From Hypanus sabinus (lineage: Eukaryota): a DNA stretch of 64,000 nucleotides. Position 1 is the first letter of the stretch, and every line of letters starts with the position of its first letter. Made by a program: the position numbers and the translations under genes. Below the pieces are notes generated by a model. The model made no database searches. It worked only from the letters and a program-made list of their open reading frames with translations, and was not told the origin of the DNA. The stretch covers positions 5,456,001 to 5,520,000 of the forward strand of contig NC_082717.1 of NCBI RefSeq assembly GCF_030144855.1, read 5' to 3'. Below, in pieces: positions 26,401 through 39,329 of the stretch.

Positions 26401-28988
26401 TTTATCACAAATAACCCTTCCAAATTTAAATTTGGAAGAACAGAAAGGATTAGATATGCCCTTTACATTAAAAGAGGTTGAAGAAGCTTTAGGATCACTT
26501 CAGAGTAATAAATCCCCAGGAGAAGATGGTTTTCCTCCTGAATTGTATAAAAAAAATTAAAGATTTATTAATTCCTTTTATGGAATTAATATATCAAGTG
26601 GAAAGAATGCATGAAATCCCAGAATCTTTTTTAACAGCAATCATAACTGTATTGCCAAAAAAAAATAGAGATCCTTTAAAACCAACATCATATAGACCTA
26701 TTTCTTTGTTGAATACAGATTATAAAATAATAGCAAAAATTTTATCTAATAGAATATCTAAATATTTACCGAAATTAATACATATGGATCAAACAGGTTT
26801 TATTAAAAACAATCAATGGATAATATAACCTGGTTACTTAGTATAATTCATTTGGCACAAAAAAGAGAGGAAATGAGTGTGGCAGTTGCTTTGGATGCAG
26901 AAAAAGCATTTGATAGATTGGAATGGGATTTTTTATTTAAGGTATTGGAAAAATATGAGTTAGGAAAATCTTTTATACAATGGATTAAAACTTTAAATCT
27001 AATCCTCAAGCTAAAGTAGTTACAAATGGTCAGATTTCAACACCATTTTGCTTAACAAGGTCAACTAGACAAGGCTGCCCATTATCACCTGCTTTATTTG
27101 TATTGGCAATAGAACCATTAGCTGAATTAATTAGAACAGATTCAGACATTGGGGGCTTCAGAGTTAATCAAGAAGAATATGAGATTAATTTATTTGCTGA
27201 TAATGTTTTGATTTATTTAACAAACCCATTGCAATCTTTGCAAAGATTATCTTTTAGATTGGAAGAATATGGGAAAGTATCAGGGTATAAAGTAAATTGG
27301 GATAAAAGTGAAATTTTACCCCTCACCAAAGGAAATTATAATCAATGTCAATTAGTAACTCAATTTTGATGGTCAATAAATAGGATAAAATATTTAGGTA
27401 TTAGAGTTGATAATGATGTAAAAAATTTATATAAACAAAATTATTTGCCATTATTAAAAAAGAGAGGATCTTGATAAATGGATGATGTTACCAATAACAT
27501 TAATGGGTAGAGTTAATGCTGTAAAAATGAATATATTTCCTAGATTGCAATATTTATTCCAAACACTACCAATACAACTGCCTCAGAAGTTTTTTCAAGA
27601 ACTGAATAAATATGTAAGGAAATTTCTTTGGAAAGGAAAGATGTCAAGAATATCATTGGAAAAATTGATGTGTAAATTTGATTTAGGATGGTTACAGCTT
27701 CCAAATTTTAAGAATTATTATAAAGCAAATCAACTTAGATTTATTGCATCTTTTTTTGATGAAAAAAAACAGGCATGGATTAGAATAGAATTAGATAAGA
27801 TAGGAGAAAACATACCAGAAGATTTTATATATAAATGGGAATCCAAATGGATAAGGGGAAAAAAAGAATCTCCTACATTAAGACATTTGATTGATTTATG
27901 GAATAAGGTAAATATGGATGATGAGATAAAGAAATCTGTATTAGCAAACAGAACTTTAATTCAAAATAGGCTTATTCCTTTTACAATGGATTGTAAACGT
28001 TTACATAATTGGTTCCAAAAGGGGATTAAATATATAGGTGATTGTTTTGAAGGAGGTATATTGATGTCATTTGATCAATTAAAACACGCTTTTCTGTTAT
28101 TTTCAATTAAAGGCTTATTTACGAGAAAAGCTGGGTCAAACAATGTTGATGCCAAAACCTAGTGAAATAGAAATATTAATTCAAAAAGGAAAAATTTAAA
28201 AAATTACATCTTGTATGTACAATTTGATTCAAGAACAGACAATTGAATCTGGAATTCATAAATCAAGACAAAAATGGGAATCTGATTTGAATGTTAAAAT
28301 TGATGGAAAAAGTTGGTCAAGATTATGTTCTGATAGTATGATAAATACAATAAATGTTCAACTTAGATTAATACAATATAATTTTTTACATCAATTATAT
28401 ATAACACCACAGAAAATAAATAGGTTAAATTCAAATATGTCTGACCAATGTTTTCGATGTAATCAAGAAATTGGTACTTTTTTACATTCTACTTGGTCTT
28501 GTTTTAAAATTCAACCATTTTGGATAAATTTAAGACTTTTATTGGAACAAATTACTGGAGTACAACTCCCACATAGTCCAATGTTATTTTTATTAGGAGA
28601 TATTGAAGGGACAGTACCGAAACTTAAATTGAATAAGTATCAGAAAAACATTTATAAAAATTACATTGGCAGTAGCTAAAAAAGTTATCGCAGTTACTTG
28701 GAAATCTGATTTATATTTAACTATGGATCAATGGAATAATGAAATATATAGTTGTATTTCACTTGAAAAAATTACATATAATCTAAGAAATGAATATGAT
28801 ATATTTTTGAAAATTTGGCTCCCATACATACAAAAGGGATTAAATATATAGGTCCTTTGAAGATAAAATTATAAAGTAATTGGGGAAAGTAAAAATAAAT
28901 ATTAAAATTATTTTGAACTCCATGGAGCATGTGGGGATCCTCCGATATCCAGGCAATCTTTTTTCTTTCTTCCTTTCTTTCTTTCTTC

Positions 28989-29051
<63 letters not shown>

Positions 29052-29185
29052 TAGATAAGGGTTAAGGAGGGAGGGTTAAGGGGAGGGGAGAGGATCAATA
29101 TTATTTTTCTTTTTTTTTCATTACATTTATTCTTTGTAATTTCCTAAAAATTTAATAAATAAATAATAAATAAATAAAAAAAAAA
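23445..29185 (+). mobile_element. Full-length but degenerate L1/Tx1-type LINE with a 13-bp target-site duplication
   Basis: TSD CAACTTTCTTTTC at 23432-23444 and 29186-29198. ORF1 from 23589 (IEIERAHR). ORF2 APE ~25110, RT LDAEKAFDRLEW and RQGCPLSP, zinc knuckle CFRC...HSTWSC. A-rich tail at 29155-29185. Confidence 0.95.
28958..29052 (+). repeat. (TTCT)n microsatellite in the L1 3' UTR
   Basis: Seen directly in the sequence. Confidence 0.95.
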
Positions 29186-29940
29186 CAACTTTCTTTTCCA
29201 ACCTCCAAGTACCAGGGAGTCAACAAAGTTGAATGATTCCGCAGCCAATTTTCCTCTTTTTGGAGAGAGTTTCTTCCTGGTTCAGAGACACTAGACATTA
29301 CCATCACCAGGAAAAGCACCAAATCAGCACTGATGTATCAAGGACCTCAGCCACTCTCACTCCTGCCTCTGAAAACTCCAGTTTCAATGACAAGTAACCA
29401 TTATACCGATAGTTAAGACCCCAGATCTCTAGCACACTGAGTGGTGTCAATGGTAAATGCATCAAATACCGGTTGTAAAACAAATGGTACAGCAGAGTAA
29501 CCTGAGAGCCTATATCAAGTATGGGTCCAGCATAAATATCCTCAATTTGTAGCAATACACTGGAGCTTGGCCGAACTAAGCCTTCAGGAATAGGATTTTT
29601 AGCTTTTGTGTGTTCCTTGATATATTGATTGGAGCATGATCCCCCCGAGGCACCAGGCTGTTCCCTCACTGGGTCATTCCAAGTTTCCCGACGTCTCTCT
29701 GCTTAGGCACCCGAGGGTTTTCCCATCCTTCACACTCCCGCCAGCAGTGATCTTCTTCACCACACTTATAACAGACAATACTGGTCGATCCTTTCCCGTG
29801 GGATCCGATTCACTCTGCATAGTCCATTCCCTCAGTGGGTCCAGCTCCCTGTCAGTTTAGTCATGCCTGGTGGCTGCACTCGCCAATAACAACCGGGACA
29901 TCTCAGTTATAAACTGTGCCACGAATTCCTTTTCCACCCC

Positions 29941-30550
29941 TGGTGTTTGGCTATCAGTGGCAAGGCAAATAAATAAGGCAGAACAGTGGGAACAGCACAC
30001 ACAAGAGAAGCAGGGGAACAAGACCAACTGGACAGAACAGGTACAGAGCAGGGTAGCAACCAGGGCAGAACAGGATACAGAGCAGGGCGGCAACCAGGGC
30101 AGAACCAGACCTGGAGCAGGCGAAACAGGTACGGAGCAGGATTCAGAGCCGGAGGACCAGGTACGGAGCAGGATTCAGAGCCGGCGGACCAGGTATGGAG
30201 CAGGATTCAGACCCGGCAGACCAGGTACGGAGCAGGATTCAGAGCCGGCGGACCAGGTATGGAGCAGGATTCAGACCCGGCAGACCAGGTACGGAGCAGG
30301 ATTCAGAGCCGGCGGACCAGGTACAGAGCGGGTTAAACCAGCTTCGAAGCAGAGCAACCCCTCCCCCCCCCCCAACTAGGATTAGTCCCCAAACCCCTTA
30401 TAAACACCTGCCCTCCTAATAGGCGACAGGTGTACCTCCTTAAGCCAAGATGATCCAATGGCTCCGGGTGACAGGAGGGCTGGCTGCAAGGCCCAGAGTC
30501 CGCGGACCAGAGCAGGACCTGGAAGGTGGGCTCCGGACGGGACCCTAACA
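29941..30550 (-). mobile_element. Truncated LTR of a different family containing a 32-bp minisatellite
   Basis: Terminus TGTTAGGGTC on - (gaccctaaca ending at 30550); TATA-like ttataaa at ~30399. LTR identity is inferred from the terminus and structure. Confidence 0.6.
30126..30329 (+). repeat. Tandem repeat, 32-bp unit x 6 plus a partial, with alternating unit variants
   Basis: CAGGTA starts at 30126, 30158, 30190, 30222, 30254, 30286 and 30318. Units 2, 4 and 6 are CAGGTACGGAGCAGGATTCAGAGCCGGCGGAC; units 3 and 5 are CAGGTATGGAGCAGGATTCAGACCCGGCAGAC. Confidence 0.95.
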
Positions 30551-30654
30551 GAGGGCAGATATGCAGGAAATGGAGGAGATGCTAATGACGGCAGCATTGA
30601 TGGTAGAGGGAGATAAACCCCGTTCTTTGATAAAAGGTGTAAATCTCAGATGTT
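30551..30654 (-). pseudogene. Candidate exon start (possible N-terminal third of the C1 exon), truncated by an LTR insertion
   Basis: Acceptor TTTCTTATTGTAG|AA. The phase-1 frame reads (E)HLRFTPFIKERGLSPSTINAAVISISSISCISAL and is cut exactly at the LTR terminus. Confidence 0.35.
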
Positions 30655-31235
30655 CTACAATAAGAAATCTCATCCTGAACAGATCAATGGAGTCAGAGAA
30701 ACTGAGAGAAGAGAACTGTATTTTTACAAGTGACAGGGTGGGTGGAAGCAAAGTCAAGATATCAGGTTGTGGCAAAGAAAGTACTGTCCAGAATTATCCT
30801 GGTTTCCTTCTTGAACAAAGGAACTACATTAGCAACTTGCCAGTCATCCAGGGCCTCACCTGTGGCTGCAGAGAACAGAAAGATCTTGGTTAATGTCCCA
30901 ACAATCTCATCTCTTGCCTCCTTCAATAAACTGTGGCTTATCCCATCATGTCCTGGGGACTTATTGTTCTTTAAGAGACCTTTTTGTTATCTCAAAATGC
31001 CCCACACTAATCTCATTGACCTGCACAGTTTTCCTTGGTAAATACTCATGCAACATATTCATTTCAGAAAGACTGATTATCGAACACCACATCCAACATG
31101 ACACATCCTCTATCACTTATATCAACAACTCCCAGGGTCCCAGCCAAGGTGCAGTAATTTCATTTGCTCCAGTGATGCCTCGGCCTTTAAATTTCTCTAA
31201 TGTCCTTTCCTTCCTACCTATACTTCACAACTTAC

Positions 31236-31259
31236 CCCCTGAAGAACTCCCTGTTCATT
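31236..31259 (-). other. Candidate 24-nt micro-exon
   Basis: Reverse complement CCTGACTTCTCCCCTCAG|AATGAACAGGGAGTTCTTCAGGGG|GTAAGT: branch-like CTGAC, pyrimidine tract, AG and a consensus donor. Phase 0 reads NEQGVLQG; phase 1 contains TGA. Confidence 0.4.
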
Positions 31260-31804
31260 CTGAGGGGAGAAGTCAGGAGTTGATGTGAGGTGTCATTTTA
31301 CCCTGTTTGTTTCACAGTCAGCCTTTCTGTCCTCTGAGACTCAGTGCTCCAATGGTTTAAGCAGTTATTTCACTCTCCCAGTCTCTCTCCCTCTTGCTAC
31401 AATAACTGTGTCACTATGCTGTTGTTAGGTAGATCTGCACGTCCAGGTCACGATGCCTTTCCACTCTCTTGTTAGTCTCATGTGTGTTCTCAAAGTCAAA
31501 GTGGAGTTTATAGTCATATGCACAAGTCCAGATGTGCTCAGGTGAAACGAAAACTTAATTCTAACAGCAATGACGTCATTGCACAATGTAATTTGGGGCA
31601 ATTGACAGTGTTTTTGTGTGGGGGATGCGGAGCTAATGATTTTCTTTGAATGACCTCCATTGTTTTTTTTTTGCTTCATGGCTGTCTGGAGAGGATGAAT
31701 CTCAGAATTCCATACTGCAAACATACTTTCAGAGTAAAATTAACTTTTGAACCTTTAATCATATCACCAACATAAACAAGAAAAAACATAAAGTATTCAA
31801 CTTC

Positions 31805-33065
31805 TCATGTTTGACAAACCTTATTGAATTTTTTGAAGAAGTTACGAGGAAGGTTGACGAGGGTAAGGCAGTGGATGTAGTCTATATGGACTTCAGCAAA
31901 GCCTTTGACAAAGTTCCACATGGAAGGTTAGTTAAGAAGGTTCAGTCGTTAGGTATTAATGCTGGAGTAATAAAATGGATTCAACAGTGGCTAGATGGGA
32001 GATGCCAGAGATTAGTGGTGGATAATTGTTTATCGGGATGGAGGCCGGTGACTAGCGGGGATCTGTTTTGGGCCCAATGTTGTTTGTAATATACATAAAT
32101 GATCTGGATGATGGGGTGGTAAATTGGATTAGTAAGTATGCCGATGTTATTAAGGGAGGAGGTGTTGTGGATAATGAGGTGGATTTTCAAAGCTTGCAGG
32201 GAGATTTATGCCAGTTAGAAGAATGGGCTGAATGTTGGCAGATGGAGTTTAATGCTGAGAAGTGTGAGGTTCTACATTTTGGCAGGAATAATCCAAATAG
32301 AACATACAGAGTAAATGGTAGGGCATTGAGGAATGCAGAGGAACAGAGAGATCTAGGAATAACTGTGCATAGTTCCCTGAAAGTGGAGTCTCATGTAGAT
32401 AGGGTGGTGAAGAGGGCTTTTGGAACGCTGGCCTTTATAAATCAAAGCATTGAGTACAGAAGTTGGGATGTAATGCTAAAGTTGTACAAGGCATTGGTAA
32501 GGCCAAATTTGGAATATTGTGTGCAGTTCTGGTCACCGAATTATAGGAAAGATATCAATAAATTAGAGAGAGTGCAGAGACGATTTACTAGGATGTTATC
32601 TGGGTTTCAGCAATTAAGTTACAGAGAAAGGTTGAACAAGTTAGGTCTCTATTCATTGGAGTGTAGAAGGTTGAGGGGGGATTTGATCGAGGTATTTAAA
32701 ATTTTGAGAGGGATAGATAGAGTTGACGTGAACAGGCTGTTTCCATTGAGAGTAGGGGAGATTCAAACTAGAGGACATGATTTAAGAGTTAGGGGGCAGA
32801 AGTTTAAGGGAAACACGAGGGGGTATTTCTTTACTCAAAGAGTGATAACTGTGTGGAATGAGATTCCTGTAGAAGTAGTAGAGGCCAGTTCAGTTGTGTC
32901 ATTTAAGGTAAAATTGGATAGGTATATGGACAGGAAAGGAGTGGAAGGTTGTGGGCTGAGTGCGGGTAGGTGGGACTAGGTGAGATTAAGAGTTGGGCAT
33001 GGACTAGGAGGGCCAAGATGGCCTGTTTCCGTGCTGTGATTGTTATATGGTTATATGGTTATATA
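31805..33065 (+). mobile_element. 5'-truncated, relatively young CR1 LINE
   Basis: [13 protein letters not shown]; 303-aa open RT C-terminus at 32068-32979 (KYADV, LVRPNLEYCVQFWSP); (atatggtt)-type tail ~33043-33065. Confidence 0.95.
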
Positions 33066-33067
33066 GT

Positions 33068-33885
33068 AAGTCAAGTCAAGTCACTTTTTATTGTCATTTC
33101 GACCATAACTGCTGGTACAGTACATAGTAAAAATGAGGCAACCTTTTTCAGGACCATGGTGCTACATGAAACAGTAGAAAAACTACACTGAACTACGTAA
33201 AAACAAAACAGAAAAAAAGCTGCACCAGACCACAGACCTACCCAGGACTGCATAAAGTGCACAAAACAGTGCAGGCATTACAATAAATAATAAACAAGAC
33301 AATAGGCACAGTAGAGGGCAGTAAGTTGGTGTCAATCCAGTCTCTGGGTATTGAGGAGTCTGATAGCTTGGGGGAAGAAACTGTTACATAGTCTGGTCGT
33401 GAGAGCTCAAATGCTTTGGTGCCTTTTCCCAGATGGCAGGAGGGAGAAGAGTTTGTACGAAGGGTGTGTGGGGTCCTTCATAATGCTGTTTGCTTAGTGG
33501 ATGCAACGTGTAGTGTAAATGTCCGTGATGGCGGGAAGAGAGATCTTCTCAGCTGACCTCACTATCCACTGCAGGGTCTTGCGATCCGAGATGGTGCAAT
33601 TTCCGAACCAGGCAATGATGCAGCTGTTCAGGATGCTCTCAATACAACTCCTGTAGGATGTGATGAGGATGGGGGGTGGGACATGAACTTTCTTCAGCCT
33701 TCACAGAAATTAGAGACTCTGCTGGGCTTTCTTTGCTATGACACTGCTGTTGAGGGACTAGGTGAGATCCTCCGCCAGGTGAACACCAAGAAATTTGGTG
33801 CTCTTAACAATCTCTACCGAGGAGTCGTCGATGTTCAGTGGAGAGCGGTCACTCTGTGCCCTCCTGAAATCAACAGTTTACAGGC
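33068..33885 (-). mobile_element. Rex/Babar-type LINE 3' end; a related short copy lies at ~36180-36530
   Basis: aagtcaagtcaagtcac (reverse complement of a (ttgac)n tail) followed by antisense RT C-terminus. Confidence 0.7.
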
Positions 33886-34249
33886 AAGAACACGATTAGA
33901 AATCAGCAAAAACCAACATTTTTGTAAGGCAATCAAGGAGGTCACAGCAATGCTAAACTGTTATGGTTACTGTTATTATTAAGCTGTTGTGGTTAATGGT
34001 TCAACAACTGAATGGATATGAGGAAGTAACTATTTATAAGCATGGTGGTGTGAGACTTTAACCTTCTGTACTCCTACCTTTCTGTATTTCTCTACTCCTG
34101 GTTGCTGTGAGAAGGTGGCAGGGCTCTGAAAATGAGGATCTTTGATGGTGGATATCAGCTCTTGAGGCGGTGACTTTTGTAGACACTACTGATGGTGGAT
34201 AGAGATATGCCTGTGCGGTAGGTGACCAAAACTACACAAAACAATACTG

Positions 34250-35850
34250 CAAATTAGGCCTCAACAATGACTTGTACATCTTCAACATAACATCCCATCT
34301 CCTGCACTCAGTACTTCGATTTACGATGGTCAATGTGTCGAAGGCTTTCTTTACAAAACTATTTACCTATGCTGCAACTTCTCAGGAATTTTAGACCTAT
34401 GTTCCAAGATCCCTTTGTTCTCCTGCACTCCTCAGCACCCTGCCACTCACTGTGTGAGAACCTCCTTGGATGGCCCTACCAAAGTGGATCACTTCACAAT
34501 TGTCTGTATTAAATTCTATCTGCCATTTTATCAGCTTTCCGAGCTCTAATAGTCTTCCTTGGTGTCCACTACAACCCGAATCTTGGCAACATTCACAAAT
34601 TTGCTGATTCAGTTAACCACATTATCATCCTGAACATTGATAGAGATGAAAAATATCAAAGGGCCCAGCACTGATCCCTGTGAAACACCACTATTCACAG
34701 GCCTCCAGTCAGAAAGGCAACCATCTACTACCACTCTCAGTCTTCTTCCACAGAGCCAACGTCTAATCCTGGTTAGTAGCGACTCAATGTGCTTAATAAA
34801 CCTCCCCTGCGGGACCTTGTCGAATAGCTTGTAGAAAACGTCCACTACCTTGACTTGATCAACTTTCCTGATAGCTTCCTCAAAAAACTGTAAAATTGGT
34901 TAGACAAGGCCTAGCACACTCAAAGCCATCTTGACTATCGCAAATCAGTCCCTGTTTATCCAATGTTACGTATTCAGGCAACAATAAATATATGAGTTAG
35001 GCAAGGGTTTTTATAACAAATAACACATTTATTAAACACAGAAAACAAACCCCCCAAAAGTAAGCAAACACTAACATAACCAGAAACAACTGCTGTGCGG
35101 CAGCTTAAACAGTTCTTAAAGCGATGTTGCAAAAACAGTTCTTTAAAGTAGTATTGCCAAAAGTTCAAAATGCTCACAGTCCATTTAAGGGAGAGACTTT
35201 TTAAGATGATTTAAATTCTCTTTCACGTCGTTTTTCTTCAGTCCCCGATGTTGAACTTTTCCCACAAAGAATTTACGAAACAAAATGGCTTAAAGGCGCT
35301 GACCTTTCCTTCCACACTATCTTCAATCCTTTCTGGTATTCCCAGGAATTAACACGAGAATAGTCAATGAAATCCTTCCGAATAAGGATCAAACAAAGGT
35401 CGAACCCGTTTCACCGTAGAAATCGATTCTCCTCGATCTTTAACTCCCGAACTCCGATCTTCACTCTCCACTGCTTCTCAAACTAGCAGTATTGTAAAGA
35501 ACCTGCTGGCAATGACCTTTTAAACTTTAGGCATTAGATAAAAACTTCATCCTTCAACTAAACTGCGTCATCACATTAAATCACGCAGTGGCATGAAGTC
35601 AACATGGCAAATCCAGCCACGAACTGCCCCTCCACAGGGCGGGGTCTTCCTTTTATAACCTGTAAAAAAACCCTGTCACATGATCTCTACTGGCGGGAAA
35701 ATGACGTCACTCCACCATCACAAGACCATTGCCTCAAGTCCAGTATAGCTTCAACCCCAGTCATGTGACAAGGGTACCAATGTCATGTGTCACGAGTACG
35801 TAACACCAAATACTCATATATCTGGTCCCTTAGAATAAACTAATTTTGCA
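34250..35850 (-). mobile_element. CR1 RT fragment interrupted by a solo LTR
   Basis: ORF 34609-34845: FDKVPQGR...[13 protein letters not shown]1 text resumes after 35805. Confidence 0.8.
34964..35805. mobile_element. Solo LTR with a 4-bp TSD
   Basis: Termini TGTTACGTA...TACGTAACA (inverted); CCAA at 34960-34963 and 35806-35809. Confidence 0.88.
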
Positions 35851-38800
35851 GGGGACTGGGAATGGAATCATCAACTCAGTAAGGGAAGGAATGGACTGGA
35901 AGATAGATGTCAGGGAAAGTATTGACATCGATTCTCACTGTTCGAGCTGTTGTGGACGGTTTAAACTAACTTGGCAGGGGGGTGGGAGCTGGAGTGAAGT
36001 AAAGGGACTCAGGAAAGGACGGATGGTCAAAAGTAAAGATAGTACGCAGTCAGATTGTCAGCAGGCATATCATGGGATTTAGTTGCAGCTGAATATCAAA
36101 TCAAATCATTATGGATGCAGAATCAGAAAGGACAGCAAATACGGTACACAAGGTGTTGTATCTAAATGCGTGTAGTAGAAAGTCAAGTCAAGTCAAGTCA
36201 AGTCACTTTTTATTGTCATTTTGACCATAAACTGCTGGTACAGTACACAGTAAAAACAAAACAACTTTCTTCCAGGACAATGGTGCTACATGAAACAACA
36301 CAAAATTACACTAGACTATGAGAGACAGCCAAAGCTATACTAGACTACAGACCTGCACAGGACTACATAAAGTGCACAAAACAGTGCAGGGCAGTCCAAT
36401 AATTAATTAAGAAATAAATAATAAATAAACAAGACTATAGGCACAGTAGAGGACAAATCCCAATATAATAATAAATGATGTACATGTCAATCTAGACTCT
36501 GGGTATTAGGAGTCTGATGGCTTGCGGAAAGTACAAGAAATAAGGTGGATAATCTTGTTGCAATATTACAGATTATCAGGTGTGATAATGTGGCCATCAC
36601 TGAATCATGGCTAAAGGATGGTTGTAGTTGGGAGCCGAATGTCCAGTGTTATAAGTTATATCAGAGGGATAGGGAGGTAGGTAGAGGGGGTGGTGTGACT
36701 CTTCTGGTAAAGAACGGCATGAAATCAGTAGAAAGATGTGACATAGGATTGGAAGATGTTGAAACCTTCTCGGTTCTGTTAAGAAACTGCAAGGGTAAAA
36801 GGATGTTGATGGCACTAATATACAGGCCTCATAACAATGGCTGAGAAGTAGACCACAGTTTACAACAAATATAGAAAAGGCGAGTCAAAAGGGCAGTGTT
36901 ATAGTAGTTATGGGAGATTTTAACATGCAGGTTGATTGGGAAAGTCAGCTCCCAATCTCAAGAGAGCGAGTTTGTTGAATGCCGAAGAGATAGCTTTTTA
37001 GGGCAGTTTGCCATTGAGCCTATTAGGGGAGTAGCTATACTGGATTGGATGTTATGTAATGAACTGCAGATGGTAAGGAAACTTCAGGTAAAAGAACCTT
37101 CAGGAACCAGTGTTCACAATATGATTGTGTTCAACTTGAAATTTGACAGGGAGAAAGTAAAGTCTGATGTAGCAGTACTTCAGTGGAGTGAGAGACTGAG
37201 AGGAGTTAGCCAAAGTAAATTGGAAGGAGTTGCAGGCAGGGATGTCAGCAGAGAAGCAATGGTGTCAGTTTCTGGGAAAAATGAGGAAGGTGCAGGACAT
37301 GAGTATTCCAAAAAAGAAGATATACTCAAATGGTAATATAGTACAACCGTGGCTACTAGGGGAAGTCAAAGCTATTGTAAAAGCATAAGGAAGGGCATAG
37401 AACAAAGCAAAAATTAGTGGGAAGATAGAGGATTGGTAAGTTTTTAAAAACCTACGGAGAGCAACTAAAAAAACATTCAAAAGTAAATTATGAGATATGA
37501 AAGCAAGCTAGTAGATAATACCAAAGTGGATAATAAATGTTTTTTTCAAGTATTCTAAAAATAAAAGAGAAATGAGAGTGGATATAGGACCACTAGAAAA
37601 TGACGCAGGAGAAATAATAACGGGGGACAAGGAGATGGTGGCCGAACTAAATGAGTATTTTGCATCTATCTTCACTGTGAAAGATAATAGCAGTATGCCT
37701 GATGTTGTAGTGAGTGAAAGAGGAGACGTGGGTGCAGTTATTGTTACAAGAGAGAAGATGCGCAGAAAGATTTAAAGGTACATAAGTCACCAGGATCAGA
37801 TGAACTGGTCTCTTTGAGAAAGGAGGAAGGCAACAGAAAGGAAATTATAGACCAGTTAGCCTGACCTCAGTGGTTGGGAAGAAGTCAAGGAAGAGGTAAT
37901 GGAGTACTTGGTGACACGGTATAAGATAGTACAAAGCCAGCATGGTTTCCTTCAGGGAAAATCCTGCCTGATGAACCTGTTGGAACTCTTTGAGGAGATT
38001 ACAAGTAGGGTAAATAAAGAGGATGCAGTGGATGTTGTATATTTGGACTTTCAAAAGGCCTTAGACAAGGTGCCACACATGAGGCTCCTTAGCAAGTGAA
38101 GAGCCCATGGTATGACAAGAAAGTCACGAACATGGTTAGAGTATGGTTGATTGGTAGGAGGCCGTGAGTGGGAATAAAATAATCCTTTTCTAGTTGGCTG
38201 CCAGTGACTAGTGGTGTTCTGCAGGGGTCAGTGTTGGGACCACTTCTTTTTATGCTGTATATAAATAATTTAGATGATGGAATAGATGGCTTTGTTGGCC
38301 AGTTTTCAGAAGATACAAAGATTGGTGGAGGGGCAGGCAGTATTGAGGAAACAGGTATCATAAGGAAGGACAGACAGATTAGGAGAATGAGCAAGAAAGT
38401 GGCAAATAAAACACAATGTTGGAAAGTGCATGGCCATTCACTTTGGCAGTAGGAATAAACATGCAGAATCTTTTCTAAACGGGGAGAAAATCCAGGAATT
38501 TGAGATGCAGAGGGACTGAGGAGTCCTTGAACAGAACACCCTGAAGGTTAACTTGCAGGGTGACTCCATGCTGAGGAAGGAAAATGGCATTTTAGCATTC
38601 ATTTCAAGAGGTCTAGAATACAAGAGCAAGGATATGATGCTGAGGCTTTATAAGGTACTGGTGAGGCCTCACCTTGAGTATTGTGAACAGTTTTGATCCC
38701 TCATCTTAGAAAACGTGCCTGTATTGGAGAGGGCCTGGAGTAGGATTCTAGGGTCCAGAGGAGTTCCAGGAATGAAAGGGTTATCATATGAGGAATATTT

Positions 38801-39235
38801 GATGGCTCTGCATCTGTACTCACTGGAATTCAGAAGGATGAGGAGGATATCATTCAAACCCGTTAAATGTTGAAAGGCCTAGACAGAATAGATGTGGTAT
38901 GGATGTTTCCCCTGGTGGGAGAGTCTAGGACAAGAGGGCACAGCCTCAGGTAGAAGGGTGCCCTTTCAAAACGGAGATGCTGAGAAATTTCTTCAGCCAA
39001 AGGGTGGTGATTTTGTGGAATTGGTTGCCACATGCAGCTGCAGAGGCCAGGTCATGGGGTGTATTTAAAGCAGAGATTGATAGGTTCTTGATTAGAAATT
39101 TCATTAAAGGTTACGGGAGAAGACCGGGAACTAGAGTTGAGGAGGAGAGACCAAAAAAGGATCAGCCATGACTGTATGGTGGAGCAGACTCGATGTGCCA
39201 AATGGCCTCACTCTGTTCCTCTGTCTTATGGTCTG
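35850..39235 (+). mobile_element. Internally deleted CR1 LINE (APE to 3' UTR)
   Basis: YLNA start ~36165; AITESWL; VMGDFN; YLDFQKALDKVPH; [13 protein letters not shown]; 3' UTR ~39170-39235. Confidence 0.88.
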
Positions 39236-39329
39236 AATGGTATTGAATAGCAAAATCGAAGCAATAGGTTTGATGGGTAAGATAAGTTGAAGTGACTACA
39301 TTTTAATGCTTGGAGTATTATGGATAGAA

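Larger units (their letters stand above)
19370..29940 (-). mobile_element. Second Ty3/Gypsy element (standard PR-RT-RH-IN order), 5'-truncated, interrupted by an L1 and a CR1 tail
   Basis: 3' LTR 19370-19980 (starts TGTAAAACC on - after a G-rich PPT). Integrase ~20550-21850; RNase H YVLHTDASREGLRGILY (22137-22483); RT WMDDLIAFG (22497-22706) and FSVLDPRTGCYQIPM (22939-23127); protease ILDIGSQVT (29304-29669). Confidence 0.9.

Noticed and set aside
30126-30329. 32-bp repeats superficially like a CRISPR array
   Set aside because: The units are directly adjacent with no unique spacers, there are no cas genes, and the context is a vertebrate LTR.
29870-30419. ORFs of 169, 116 and 74 aa with repetitive sequence
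   Set aside because: They are translations of the minisatellite and LTR, with no coding signature.
32068-32979. 303-aa open frame as a host gene
   Set aside because: It is the RT C-terminus of a 5'-truncated CR1 with its 3' UTR and tail; no sign of domestication.
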